Assembly: GCA_038087875.1 (NCBI GenBank)
Contig: JAXLNO010000270.1
Span: 124,001 to 188,000 of the forward strand
DNA length: 64,000 bases
DNA from: Malacoraja senta
Taxonomy: Eukaryota
Direction of reading: 5' to 3'
This document shows, one piece after another, positions 12,986-27,100 of the stretch; the stretch's first letter is position 1, and the number at the start of each line of letters is the position of its first letter. Made by a program: the position numbers and the translations under genes. A model generated the notes under the pieces. The model did no database searches and was not told the DNA's origin. It saw only the letters and a list, made by a program, of their open reading frames with translations.

Positions 12986-14635
12986 AAAAAAATCTTATTT
13001 CTTTCAGTTAATTTATTGGCTGTTGTGATCCTGTGCCGCGGAAATTGTGGCCTCTCCAAATGCGTTACCCCCTACCTGGTGGCTATGGCAGCTGTGGATC
13101 TAATGTGGTTGTAATTAATGTTGTACTGGAGCAGATAAATTATATATATATGTATGCTGAGTTCTTGATCACTACTCCAACTTGCGCTCTGATAATCGCA
13201 GTGCGAGTCGCAACCACGAGCTGTTCCGTTTGGTTCACGGTCGCGTTTACTTTCGATCGATACATCGGTATCTGCTGCCAGAAGCTGCGGAACCAATATT
13301 GTCGCGGGAGAATAGCGACTGCGGTGATAATAACAGTGGTGGTAATGAGTTGTGCAAAGGGTATTCCATATTACTTTGCAGTCGATCCAAGTCGTTGCGT
13401 CGACACAGTTGAATTTCACACGTCATCTCAATGGAAAGCCTATACGTTGCTTAATAATATCATGACTCTATTACCGTTCGGGACAATTGTACTGCTTAAT
13501 GTTTTAACAGTTAGACATATTATAACGACAAATAAACTCCGCCAGAGACTCAGGAACAGTCGTGGTGATCAGAAAGACTCAGAGGTACAGAACCGGAGAA
13601 AGTCAATGATATTGCTCTTCGCTCTATCAGCCAATTTCATATTATTGTGGATACCCAAAGTTGTGTATATTGTGAACCGGCAAGTATCAAACTATACCTA
13701 GCAGGACAAGTATTTCGGCAGTCCTATATATATTCTACAAGTGTCCGGATTTATGATGCAGTTGCTCAGTACCTGTACCAACTCCTGTATCTATGGACTG
13801 ACGATGCGAAAATTCAGAGAGGAATTGAAGAGCGGAGTCAAGTGTTTGTTTACACTAAACGGACTGCTCTGTAAATAAACAGGACAATCAAATGTAAGTT
13901 CGTTGAGCTTGTAAATAAATGTCTAGAAAATACTAAAATTCTAGCTTGTTGTACGAAGATGACTCAAGTCTTTTTCTTGCACTATTATTCTAATTGATTA
14001 GGTTTAATCCGGAGGAAAGGGTCGGCGCAGTGGGCACGACCCAGTTGTGCTAAATCAATTCATTGTTGCTTTGTGAGATGTCAATGGATATACTTAACGC
14101 GGATTACATGGTTTCGCGGTCGGATTCATGACCCGTGTCTAACATACTATGTTTGGCGTCATCTCGTGTTCTGGGTCTAACACCTCCCATTGAGCGTGCA
14201 TATATTTGCATCTGCTAGCGTTTATTTCAAAGGGGCTAGAATACAAAAACATGGATGTAATGCTGAGGCTCTATACGGCGTGACGGGCCGCATTTTAAAT
14301 ATTGTGAGCAATTTTGGGCACCATATCCGAGGTACAATGAGCTGTGGAAAGCGCCCGGAGGATGTTTACAAGAATAATCGGACGAATGAGTGAGTTAACA
14401 TATGATGAGCGTTTGACGACATTGGGCCTATATTCGCTCGAATTTAGAAGAATGGCGGGGGACCTCATTGAAACATACCGAATAGTGAAAGGATAAAGTG
14501 GATAGAGTCATAGAGTGATACTGTTTGAAACATGCCCTTTGGCCCAACTTGCCTACAGCAGTCAACATGACCCAGCTACACTAGTCGTACCTGCCACCAT
14601 TTAGCCCATATCGCTCAAAACCTGTCCTATCTATG

Positions 14636-16986
14636 AATGAATGAATGAATGAATGAATGAATGAATGAATGAACGAATGAATGAATGAATACTTTATTTT
14701 TCATTATAACATGTAAACATGTACAACGAAATTAAAAATGCCAACCAGTCAGTGCACCATTCACACATTTTCTAAAAACAAAAGTCTAAAATAAACAACT
14801 AAAATAAATAACATGAAAAAAAACATTCTTCTGTCGATTTCACAGTCCCTTTGGTGTGTAGCACACCTGCGCTCATTTGGTGGCTACATTAAGTGTAGTT
14901 ATTGCTGTGGGATAAAAACTGTTTTTGAGTCTGTTTGTCCTTGTCTTCTCCTTGACGGCAGCAGTTCAAACAGGGAGTGACCGGGGTGGAAAATGTCCTT
15001 TATGATGTTCTGGGATTTTTTGAGACAGTGGGAACTGTGTAGGTCCTCCAAGGTGATGAGAGGGCAGCCGATAATCTTCTGGGCGTTGTCAATAGCCCTC
15101 TGGAGCGCTTTCCTCGTAGCCGCTGTGCAGCTGGTGTACCACACGCATACACAGTATGTTAAGATGCTCTCTATTGAGCACCGATAAAAGGATAGCAGCA
15201 GTCTCTGGGTGATGTTGTTCTTCCTGAGCACCCTCAGGAAGTACAGTCTCTGCTGGACCTTTTTTCAGCAGCGCAGAGGTGTTCACGCTCCATGTCAGGT
15301 CCTCCTCAATGTGGATTCCCAGGAAGCGGAAATCCGCCACCATCTCCACACAGTCCCCATCGATGATTAGTGGTGTAATGTCCGTTTTCTTCTTTCTGTA
15401 ATCTATTATGAGCTCCTTGGTCTTTGAGGTGTTGAGGAGCAGGTTATTTTCTCCACACCACCCTGTCAGCTGCTCCACCTGATCCCTGTATGCGTACTCA
15501 TCCCCCCCAGAGATGAGTCCCACCACCGTGGTGTCATCCGCGAATTTGACAATGGTGTTACTGTGGTGGACGGGGGTGCAGTCATATGTGTAGATGGTGT
15601 AAAGCAGGGGGCTCAGCACGCAGCCCTGTGGAGAGCCGGTACTGAGGCTGAGGGCCGTAGATGTGTGATGGCCCACTCTGACTCTCTGACTGCGACCCGA
15701 CAGGAAGATCTTTATCCACATGCAGGTGGAGTGTGGAAGTCCCAGGTCCCCCAGTTTGTCCACCAGTTTGTGGGGAAGAATGGTGTTAAAAGCAGAGCTG
15801 TAGTCCACAAAGCGCATCCGCACGTAGCTCCCCCTATGCTCCAGGTGGGACAGTGCAGCATGGAGTGCTGTGGCTACAGTTTCCTCTGTGGATCTATTCG
15901 CTCTATACGCAAACTGGTGGGGGTCAAATCTTCGGGGCAGGAGTGATGTGATGTGACCCCGGACCAGTTTTTCAAAGCACTTCATCACCACTGGTGTGAG
16001 TGCGACTGGCCGGTAGTCGTTGAGGCTGGAAATGTGGAGTTTTTTGGTCAAAGGGACTATGGTGGAGGACTGCAGACAGGATGGGACAGTGGACTGGTCC
16101 AGAGACTGGTTGAAAATCCTCGTAAAGACTCCAGCCAGCTGGTCTGCGCAGTCCTTCAGCACGCGTCCAGAAACGCCGTCGGGTCCAGCAGCCTTCCTCG
16201 GATTGATGGCCCGCAGCGTGCGCCTCACCTCATGCTCCTCTATTTTGAGGGATAAGCTGCTGTGGACCATGTGGTGTGATATGGCTGTCTCTGGTGGCTC
16301 CACTTCAAAGCGAGCAAAGAAGAGGTTCAGCTCCTCTGCCAACGAGGCGTCACCTTCAGCAGCTCCAAGGTTGGTCTTGTAGTTGGTGAGATACTGGATC
16401 CCCTGCCACACCTGCCTGCTGTTGTTACTGTCCAGGTGGTCCTCTATCCTCCTCCTGTATTCTGATTTGCCCTCTCTGATGCCTCTCTTCAGGTTAGCTC
16501 GGGCCGTGCTGTATAAAGCCCTATCGCCAGACCTAAAAACGCGTTCCTCTCTTTTAACAGCCGCTGGACCTCCCGGGTCATCCAGGGCTTCTGGTTGGGG
16601 TAGACCCGGATGTGTTTGTCCACTGTGACAGTGTCCATGCAGTTTTTAATGTAACATAGTACACTGTCTGTGAACACCTCCAGGTCGTGGTGTTCAAACA
16701 CATCCCAGTTGGTCCTGTCGAAGCAGTCCTGCAGCTGCTGAGAGGCACCATCAGGCCAAGTTGTGATGGTCTTTGTGATGGTAGGAGCAGTTTTCCTGAG
16801 GGGGGCATATGCAGGAATTAAAAGCAGGGACATATGGTCAGACTGGCCCATGTGTGGTAGTGGTCTAGCCCTGTAGCCCAACTTGATGTTGGAGTAGACC
16901 TTGTCCAGTGTGTTAGCTACTCTTGTAGCACAATTAACATGCTGATAGAATTTGGGGAGCATTGCCTTCGTTTGGGGAGCATTGCC
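14636..16986 (-). mobile_element. Rex1/Babar-type LINE, 5'-truncated, frameshifted
   Basis: WQGIQ, AAGPDG, YRPVALTPVVMKCFEKLV, QFAYR, VDYSSAFNTI, GSPQGCVLSP, KFADDTTVVG; endonuclease SDH upstream; (TTCA)n tail; TSD ATCTATG (14629-14635 / 16987-16993); empty site near 59378. Confidence 0.92.
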
Positions 16987-17324
16987 ATCTATGTATCTCT
17001 CTACCTGTTTCTTAAACGTTGCCATAGTCGCTGCCTCAACTACCTACTCTGGCAGCTTGTTCCATACATTCATCACCCTTTATGTGAAAAGGTACCCTGC
17101 GAACCCTATTAAATATTTTCCCCTTCACCTTAAACCTATGTCCTCTGTTCCGTGATTCACCTACTCTGGCAAGAGATTAAGTGCATCTACCCGATCTACT
17201 GTAGTCCTTTCGCAATCTTATACATATATATGAGATCACCACTCATCCTCCTGCGCTGCAAGCCACAGAGTCCCAGCCTGCTCGACCTCTGCCTATGGCT
17301 CAGACATTCTAATCCTGGCAGCAT

Positions 17325-17588
17325 AGATACATAGATACATAGAAATTAGGTGCAGGAGTAGGCCATTCGGCCCTTCGAGCCTGCACCGCCATTCAATACG
17401 ATCATGGCTGATCATCCAACTCAGTATCCCGTACCTGCCTTCTCTCCATACCCCCTGATCCCTTTAGCCACAAGGGCCACATCTAATTCCCTCTTAAATA
17501 TAGCCAATGAACTGGCCTCAACTACCCTCTGTGGCAGAGAGTTCCAGAGATTCACCACTCTCTGTGTGAAAAAGTTTTTCCTCATCAC
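17325..17588 (-). mobile_element. Short CR1 3' insertion with (ATCTATGT)n tail
   Basis: NFFTQRVVNLWNSLP; TSD CAGCAT (17319-17324 / 17589-17594); empty sites near 70 and 59710. Confidence 0.88.
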
Positions 17589-20500
17589 CAGCATCATCAC
17601 CAACATCTTATATAACTGCAACATGACCTCCCAACTTCCATACTCGATACTCTGACTGATGAATAGAAATATGCCAAAAGCCTTCTAACTACCTGATCTA
17701 CGTTCGGCACCACCTTCAGGGAACTATGCGCATGCACTCCTATATCTCTCTGCTCTACAACTACCCAATAGACAAATGACAATGGATGCAGGTGTAGGCC
17801 ATTGGACGCTTCGATCCAGCACCGCCATTCAATGTGATCATGGCTGATCATCCCAAATCCAGATCATCCAGACCCGAACCATTCACTGTGTAGGTCCTGC
17901 CCATGATAGACTTCCCAAATATGCCAGTATATCCAATCTCTCTGAACAGCATCGAGAGACATTCCAACCACAAATGATAAGCTTACTGTTCTATAGTTAA
18001 CAGCATTTTCACTGCAGCCCTTCTTGAATAAAGGCACAGCATTTGCCACCCTACAATCTTCTGGCAACCCTCCAGTATTTATAGACGACTCGTAAATTTC
18101 AAACAGGGATCCCACAAGCTCCTCTGTGGTTTCCCATAATGACCTCGGATATATCTGATCAGGCCCTGGAGAGTTGTCTAACTTCATACACGATAGTACC
18201 TTCAACGTACTATCGACCGTAATACTGACTGCTCTTATTACCCTGCCCTTGACTGCACCAAGTTCCTCCGTCCTCCTCACTTACTCCTCGGTAAATACTT
18301 AGGAGAAATACTCATTGAGGACCTTGCCCATCTCCTTTTGCTCCACACATAGTTGACCGTTTTGCATCCTGAGGGATCCCACTATCTCGTGTTACCCTTT
18401 CCATCCTTATATATTTATAAAATATCTTGGGGTTTTCCTTAATGCTACCTGCCAGAGCCAGCTCCTTGCCTCTTTTTTGCCCTTCTGATTTCCTTTTTTA
18501 CTTTGCTCCTTGGTTGCCGAAACTCCGACCGGGTTTCACTTGATCCCAGCGTCCTATACATGTACAATGCGTGCTTTTATTCTTAACTGTTGCCTCAATT
18601 TCTCCCGACATCCAAGGTTCCTTAGGGTTTCCTGTCTTGCCCTTCACTCCAACGGGGACGTGTCTAGCCTGACCAATTGACATCACACCTTTAAACACAT
18701 CCCACTTGTTTCATGTTCTTTTCCCCGCAAACCCGCTCCTATCAACTTGAGCGAGACACTCTCTCATGCCCGGAACGTTGGCCTTACCCAAATGTTGCTT
18801 TTTAACGTGATTTATCTTTCTTTCCCTTTATCTATCTATCTATCTTAAACCTAATCGAACCTAATATGTAGGACCATCTACATGTTGCTGACTATGGAGC
18901 GGATGTTTCTACTCGGGGGAGAGTATAGGACTAGAGATCATAGTGTCCCAATTAAAGGACGTTCCTTTAGCAAGGAGAAGAGGAGAAATGTATTTAGTCA
19001 GAGGGTGGTGAATCTGTGGAATTCATTATCACAGAACACCGTGGATGCCGTCAATAGATGTCTTCGAGACAGAGATAGATAGATTCTTGATTAGCACATG
19101 TGTCAGGAGCTATGAGGAGACAAAAGCAGGAAGGGGTTAGGAGGGATAGATATAGTAGATTAGCCACGATTGAATGGCGTTGACATGATGGGCCGAATGG
19201 CCTAATTATGCTCTGATCACTAATGCCCTTATGATCTGTAGAATTCACCCCACGGGGAAGACGCTGTTCCAGCTTTAAATGATGAATCAACTTCACTTGG
19301 TAATTTATATCGGAGTTTCGAATTACGAGCATTGTCTCAGCTGACAGCTCTTGCTTCTTACTCGTTACTTTTCGTCTGAGTAATAGCACGAATGCGCCTA
19401 AACCGCATTCACAACTTAGCGTAGCGCCTAAACCGCATTCACAACTTACATGATCTCCCGGTTGCCAAATATTATAATTTACTGTCCTTGGCGTCCTCCA
19501 CTGTTAGAGTGAGGCAAAAAGGAAATTGTTGGAACATATTCTCATATTTTGCTTGGGAAGCTTGCAGCCTTGGGGTATGAAAAATGTTTTATTTAGCTTC
19601 AAGTAACCCCTACATTATTTCTCTCTCCATCCCCCCATCTCAAGTAATATCAGCTTTCTGATCTCACCTTTTAAACAGCTAACAGTGGCATGTTTCCTTT
19701 ATCATTGTTACTTTTTTTGCATATCTTTCATTCATTTGTTCTTTTATCACTTTACATTATCACGTATATATCTCGGTCTCCATGAGGTGTTTTCAGTTTG
19801 AAGAAGAATCTCGACCCCAAATGTCACGCATTCCTTCTCTCCAGATAATCTGCCTGTCCCGTTGCGTTCCTCCAGCACTGAGTGTCTATCTTCGGTTTAA
19901 ACCAGCATCTGCAGTTTCGTCCTGCACATTTCGTCACATCGAAGGTCCAGGAAGTGAGAAGGTGGGTGCCCATGGTCAGAAACAGGAAGTGCAGGTGACT
20001 TCACTGGCCATCCTACTTCAAATCAAATACACACTTTAGAGTGCTGACGTGGGGGGACATCACGTTGAAGTTGAGCAGCTGTGGCAGGAAGGACTGTTAC
20101 AGAAACTCTGCCACTGAGGCTCAGCGGGTAATGGCTACGTCAAGCTGAGCCACAATTGTCGATGACTCCATAATTCGAGGTGCAGACAGGGGTTGATGTG
20201 GCAGCAATCGAGACTGAAGGATTGTGTGTTGCTTCCCTACTGCCAGGGTTCATGGCGTCTCGGAGCGGCTTCATGACATCCTCTGGAGGGAGGGGAAGCA
20301 GCGGTAAGTCGTTGTGCGTGTCGACACAAATTACGTAGGTGGGAAATGGAAGTACTTTCTGCAATATGAGTATAGGGAGTGGGGTTAAAAAAAAAAAAAC
20401 ATGACTTCCAGTGTCGTGATCTTTGGATCGGTTCCAGCGCCACGTGGTAGTGACGGTAGGAAGGAAGATACGTGAGTTGAATCTGGGCTGAGAGGTTGGT

Positions 20501-21521
20501 GCAGAGGTAGAGATTCCGATTTCTAGATCATTGTGATCACTTCTGGGGATGAGGTGACCATTCCAAGAACGATGGCTTACATGTTAGCTTGAGAGGATTG
20601 AATCTCCAGGCACGCATGATCCCTTGTGCTGCACGGGTGGGTTTCAATTAGATTGACAGGGCGGTGGGATCTCACCCGATAACGAGGCATATGAGAGTCA
20701 GGACGTTGCTATGGATGGTGGGGAAAGGAAGTCAGTCAGCGAGAGTGGCTGTTCGTTTAAATTATGCTAATTGTAATGCAACAGGCCTGATGGGTAAGAC
20801 AGATGAACTTAGGGCTTGGATATGTGCGTGCGACTGGGACGTTGCGCCTATTATATAAACCTAGCTAATAGATGGTATGATTGGAAGCTCAACGTTCCAG
20901 GGTGCAGCTGCTTCAGGAGAGACAAAGTTGTCGGTAAAAGTGGAGGGTTGTTCCGTTATTGGTTTAGGACGGGATCACAGCAGTGGACAAAGTTGACTTT
21001 ACGGACGGTTCGTTCATCTGACCGTGGAGCTGACGAACAAGAAAGGGATGATCACCTTTTTTGGAGCGTACTATAGGCCGGCAAGTTGTCAACGGGAATT
21101 AAAATACCAAATACCAAATTAAAATACCCTCGCTCAGCAGCAGCAGCAAAGACTCATGTGTGAGAGACTCCCAAACGCACATGTATGTTAAAATTATCTT
21201 GCTTATAAAGTAACCGTTTGATCACGAATTTTGGACTCGCTACACAGGCATGATTGAATGTCGGAGTAGACTCGATGGACCTAATGGCCTAATTCTGCTG
21301 CTATCACTTGTGATTTTATGACCTCATAACACACTTTGGAGTTGTACTGATGGAATGCACACTATGGTGGTACGAATGGAAAGATAACTGTGGTATGGGC
21401 CTAACGGAATGAAACACTGTGGAATGCATCTGCGTGGTGTAGAACTAATAGAGTGCCATACTGAAGGGTAATACAGATAACATTATCATCTGTGGGGTAC
21501 TGCTGAAGGAGAGACACACCG

Positions 21522-22816
21522 CAATACAATACAATACAATATAATACAATACAATAATATAATACTTTATTAGCCAAGTGTGTTTTGCAACATTTGCCAA
21601 GTCAGTCATACAAATAAAAAGCAACGGAACACACAAATTTCATTTTTACATAATTTTTTTTTTTTTAATATTTTTATTTTATTAGAAGTAAGTACAATTG
21701 TATACAATCATATTTTCATAATACCTTTTATGTACAGCTTCTTATTTAAAACAAATTTGAAATAAAGAAGAAAAAGAAAAAAGTTAGATAATGAAAAATA
21801 GAAAAATGTGAGATATATAGTGTGTGAAAAAGAAAAATAAAGAATGAAAAAAGAAAGTTGAGACATAGAAGATAGAAGAAAGAGAATAAAAGAAGAGAAG
21901 ACAAGAAAAGAAAATAGAAGGAGATCATTTATAATCTTGACCATCCGCAGTCACGGATTAGCTTTTACACCTGTTTTGCACCATATGTTTCCAAAAAGAC
22001 GACAAATGGAGACCAACTCGTTATGAATTGGTCAAATTTATCCATTAGGAGGAATCGCATTTCCTCAAGATGTGCGGTATCCAACATACTGGCAATCCAC
22101 ATTTTGAGCGTTGGTATTGGTGTATTTTTCCAAAATTTCAATATTAATTTTTTTGCTATTATTAACATTTTTACATAAATGTCCACCAAAGGGATTCCTC
22201 CACATTCCTCACTGTGATGGGAGGCGAAAAGAAAGTTCAAATTTCTTCCAGTCTTTGTTCTCCCGCGTTCGGGGGCCTCGAGCCTTCCGTTGACGGGACG
22301 ATCTTGACTCCTGTAACGGCGGCGTTTGGGCCCTCCGCATCGGGGCGATAAGTTACCGCATCAGGGCGATGTCAACTCCCCCGCGACGACGATCGGACCC
22401 CTAGTCGGGGCTGATCGAACTTCTGCGTCGTTGGAGCACCCGACTAGGCCACTCCCGATTCTGCGAGCTCTCGATGGCAAAGTCCGCAGATCGCGATTGG
22501 AGCGATCTCAGACAAGGGAGCAGCTACGATGGAAAGTCTACGCCTCACGGTGGTACTCAAAGTTAGTCCGGTGAAGCCTCCAGCTTCATCGATTTTAGGC
22601 CGCAGAGCGACCGAAGAGACGACTCGAAATCCAATCGCATCTCCGGCAAGGTAAGATATTGAAAAACGTTTCCCCCGACCCCCCCCCCCCCACCCACCCC
22701 TCCCCCCGCATGAAACAAACAAGATAACAAACACACAAACATTTAAAAAAGTTAAAATAACAAAAGAAAGGCGAAAAACAAGCAGACTGTTGGCGGGGCT
22801 GCCAATCGTGCGGTGC
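21522..22816 (-). mobile_element. GC-rich non-autonomous retroposon with (TATTG)n tail; unit C copy 48432-49200
   Basis: (CAATA)n at the left end next to a minus-strand AATAAA; internal similarity to 9066-9750; no coding homology seen. Confidence 0.7.
21654..22165 (-). mobile_element. 5'-truncated L1 (same family as 36706-43026)
   Basis: Encodes the ORF2 C-terminus IAKKLILKFWK...ETYGAKQV; poly(A) tail; 13-bp TSD CATTTTTACATAA (21641-21653 / 22166-22178); empty site near 48550. Confidence 0.95.
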
Positions 22817-22949
22817 ACTATGGGGTGTTCCTGATTGTGTGCACAATGTCGTGAATACACACTCTGGGGCAGTACTGATGGAGAGACACACTATGGAATA
22901 ATACTGTCTCTCTTTGGATCACATGCGATCAAACCTACCATGCGGAACC

Positions 22950-24197
22950 TTAGAAACATAGAAACGCAGAAAATATGTGCAGGAGGAAGCCAGTCGGCCC
23001 TTCGAGCCAGCACCGCCATGCATTGCGATCATGGCTGATCGTCCACTATCAATAACCCGTGCCTGCCTTCTCCCCATATTCCTTGACTCCACTAGCCCAT
23101 AGAGCTCGATCTAACTCGCTCTTAAATCCATCCTGTGATTTGGCCTCCACTGTCCTCTGTGGCAGGGAATTCCATAAATTCACACTCTCTGGGTGAAAAC
23201 GTTTTTTCTCACCTCAATATTAAATGACCTCCCATTTATTCTAAAACTGTGTCCCCTGGTTCTGGACTCGCCCACCATTGGGAACCTTTTTTCCTGCATC
23301 TAGCTTGTCCAGTCCTTTTATAATTGTATATTTTCTATAAGATTCTCCCTCATCCTTCTAAACTCTAGTGAATACAAGCCTAGTCTTGTCAATCTTTCCT
23401 CGTATGACAGTCCCGCCATCCCAGGGATCAATCTCGCGAACCTACACTGCACTGCCTCAATCACAAAGATGTCTTCCTCCAATTAGGTTACCAATACTGT
23501 ACACAATACTCCAGATGTGGTCTCACCAGAGCCCTATACAACTGCAGAAGAACCGCTTTACTCCTATACTGAAATCCTCTTGTTTTGAAGGCCAACATTA
23601 CATTAGCTTTCTTCACTGCCTGCTGTACCTGCACGCCACCTTGCCGTGATCGGTGTACATTTACACACAGGTCTCGCTGTACCTCCCCCTTACCTAACCT
23701 AACCCCATTAAGATATTAATCTGCCCCCTTGTTTTTGCCGCCAAAGTGGATAACCTCACATTTATCTATATTATACTGCATCTGCCACGCATCTGCCCAC
23801 TCACTCAACCTGTCCAGGTCACCCTGCAACCTCCTAACATCCTCTTGATAGTTCACACTGCCACCAAGCTTTGTGTCATCTGCAAACTTGCTAGTGTTGC
23901 TCCTAATTCCCTCTGCTAAAACATTAATATATATGGTAAACAGTTGCGACCCCAACACCGAACATTGCGGCACTCCACTCGCCTCTGCCTGCCATTCTGA
24001 AAAGGACCCGTTCACTCCTACTCTTTGCTTCCGGTCTCAAAACCAATTTTCTATCCATGTCAACCCTACCCCCAATACCATGTGCTCTAATTTTAGACAC
24101 CAGTCTCTCGTCGAACGCCTCACTGAAATCCATGTATACAACATCGACAAGTCACTTCTCAACGACATTTTGGTTACGTCTGCAAAAAATTCAATCA
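22950..24197 (-). mobile_element. CR1 3' half, degenerate (unit C copy about 49350-50660)
   Basis: SGVPQCSVLG, SKFADDTKLGG, RPHLEYCVQ remnants; (TTCTATGT)n tail. Confidence 0.85.
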
Positions 24198-27100
24198 TAT
24201 AACCATATAACCATATAACCATTACAGCACGGAAACAGGCCATTTCGGCCCTTCAAGTCCGTGCCGAACACTTTTTATTTTTTTATTATTATATTTATTT
24301 ATTTATTTATTTTTAATTTATTTTTATTTATTTTTGTACTTCCCCCTAGTCCCATCTACCTGCACTCAGACCATAACCCTCCATTCCTTTCCCGTCCATA
24401 TACCCATCGAATCTATTTTTAAAGGATAAAATCGAACCTGCCTCCACCACTTCCACTGGAAGCTCATTCCACACAACCACTCTCTGAGTAAAGAAGTTCC
24501 CCCTAATGTTACCCCTAAACTTCTGTCCCTTAATTCTCAAGTCATGTCCCCTTGTTTGAATCTTCCCTACTCTCAATGGGAAAAGCTTATCCACGTAAAC
24601 TCTGCCTAACCCGCTCATAATTTTAAAGACCTCTATCAAGTCCCCTCTTAACCTTCTGCGCTCCAAAGAATAAAGACCTAACTTGTTCAACCTTTCTCTG
24701 TAACTTAGTTGCTGAAACCCAGGCAACATTCTAGTAAATCTCCTCTGTACTCTCTCTATTTTGTTGACATCGTTCCTATAATTAGGTGACCAAAATTGTA
24801 CTCCATACTCCAGAATTGGCCTCACCAATGCCTTGTACAATTTTAACATTACATCCCAACTTCTATATTCAATGCTCTGATTTATAAAGGCCAGCTCACC
24901 AAAAGCTTTCTTTACCACCCTATCTACATGAGATTCCACCTTCAGGGATATATGCACAGTTATTCGTAGATCCCTCTGTTCAACTGCATTCCTCAATTCT
25001 CTACCATTTACCATGTACGTCCTATTTTGATTTGTCCTGCCGAGATGTAGCACCTCACATTTATCAGCATTAAACTCCATCTGCCATCTTTAAGCCCACT
25101 CTTCCAAATGGCCTAAATCTCTCTGTAGACTTTGAAAATCAACTTCATTATCCACAACGCCACCTATCTTAGTATCATCTGCATACATACTAATCCAATT
25201 TTCCACACCATCATCCAGATCATTGATGTACATGACAAACAACCATGGACCCAACACAGACCCCTGAGGCACCCCACTCGTCACTGGCCTCCAACCTGAC
25301 AAACAGCCATCCACCATTACTCTCTGGCATCTCCCATTCAGTCACTGTTGAATCCATCTTGCTACTCCACCATTAATACCCAACAATTGAAACTTCTTAA
25401 CCAACCTTCCATGCGGAACCTTGTCAAAGGCCTTACTGAAGTCCATATAGACAACATCCACTGCTTTACCTTCATCAATTTCCCTAGTAACCTCTTCGAA
25501 AAATTCATGAAGATTAGACAAACATGACCTTCCAGGCACAAATCCATGTTGACTGTTCCTAATCAGACCCTGTTTATCCAGATGCTTATATATATTATCT
25601 CTAAGTATCCTTTCCATTAATTTTCCCACCACTGACGTCAAACTAATAGGTCTATAATTGCTAGGTTTACTTTTATAACCCGTTTTAAACAACGGAACAA
25701 CATGCGCAGTACGCCAATCCTCCGGCACTATTCCCGTTTCTAATGAAATTTGAAATATATCTGTCATAGCCCCTGCTATTTCTACACTAACTTCCCTCAA
25801 TGTCCTAGGGAATATCCTGTCGGGACCTGGAGACTTATCCGTTTTCATATTTTTCAAAAGTGTCCGCACCTCCTCTTTTTTGAATCTCATAGTTTCCATT
25901 GCTACTCTGCTTGTTTCCCTTACCTCACATAATTCCATATCCTTCTCCTTGGTGAATACCGAAGAAAAGAAATTGTTCAATATCTCCCCCATCTCTTTTG
26001 GCTCTGCAGATAGCTGTCCACTCTGACTCTCTAACGGACCAATTTTATTCCTAGTTTCATTTTGCTATTAATATAGCTGTAGAAACCCTTTGGATTTACT
26101 TTCACCTTACTTGCCAAAGCAACCTCATATCTTCTTTTAGCTTTTCTAATTTCTTTCTTAATATTCTTTTTACATTCTTTATACTCCTCAAGCACCTCAT
26201 TTACTCCATGCTGCCTATAATTATTGTAGATCTCTCTCTTTTTCCGAAACAAGTGTCCAATTTCCCTTGAAAACCATGGCTCTTTCCAATTTTTACTATT
26301 TCCTTTCAACCGAACAGGGACATAAAGATTCCATTTCTCTTCTATATCCTTCCCATAAAACAACGTCCCAATACACTCCTTTTAAATCCTTTCGCATCTC
26401 CTCAAAGTTAGCCTTTCTCCAATCAAAAATCTCAACCCTAGGTCCAGTTCTGACCCTCTCCATAATTATATTGAAACTAATGGTATTGTGATCACTGGAC
26501 ACGAAGTGCTCCCTAACGCATACCTCCGCCACCTGCCCTGTCTCATTTCCTAACAGGATGTCCAGCACTGCCCGTTCTCTAGTAGGTACCTCTATGTATT
26601 GCTGCAAAAAACTATCCTGCACACATTTTACAAACTCCAAACCATCCAGCCCTTTTACAGAAGGTGTTTTGCAGTCTATGTGTGGAAAATTGAAATCTCC
26701 CACAATCACTACCTTGTGCTTACTACTAATATCTGCTATTTCCTTACATACTTGCTCTTCCAATTCTCGCTCCCCATTTGGCGGTCTATTATACACCCCT
26801 ATAAGTGTTGCTACACCTTTCCCATTTCTCAGTTCCACCCAAATAGCCTCCCTAGACGAGCCCTCTAATCTATCCTGCCAAAGCACTGCTGTAATATCTT
26901 CCTTGACAAGCAATGCAACACCCCCACCTCTTGCCCCTCCAATTCTATCACCCCTGAAGCAACGAAATCCTGGAATATTTAGTTTCGAATCACAGCCCTC
27001 CTGCAACCATGTTTCACTGATCGCCACAACATCATACTTCCAGGTGTCAATCCAGGCTCTAAGCTCATCCACCTTTCTTGCAATGCTCCTAGCATTAAAA

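Larger units (their letters stand above)
6361..13878 (+). pseudogene. GPR139/GPR142-like class A GPCR, copy 1, pseudogene (exon 1 6361-6430, exon 2 13008-13878)
   Basis: Exon 1 ATGGAGTATCCA...ATTCCTG|GTAAG encodes MEYPAIFHVATNYYPVLAAIGIP; acceptor TTTCTTTCAG|TTAAT at 13007/13008. Relative to copies 2 and 3: 1-nt deletion near 13105 (ATGTGG vs ATGGTGG), one codon lost near 13467, TAC>TAG at 13699-13701. Confidence 0.9.
1..14192 (+). repeat. Segmental duplication unit A (left end lies outside the window)
   Basis: Colinear similarity to units B and C, e.g. 1230-4320 vs 17735-20820, 5440-8000 vs 27695-31270 vs 50820-53530, plus the GPCR exons. Confidence 0.9.
21330..22900. repeat. Degenerate about 30-bp tandem repeat (TACTGATGGAGTGACACACTGTGGGGCAG) interrupted by insertions; also 48240-49290, 60245-60425, 63175-63395
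   Basis: TACTGA(T/A)GGAG-GACACACT-TGG recurs at about 30-nt spacing. Confidence 0.7.

Noticed and set aside
22670..22710. Poly-C/G tract as a functional G-quadruplex (also about 49056-49090)
   Set aside because: Variable-length homopolymer inside a repeat; no evidence of function.
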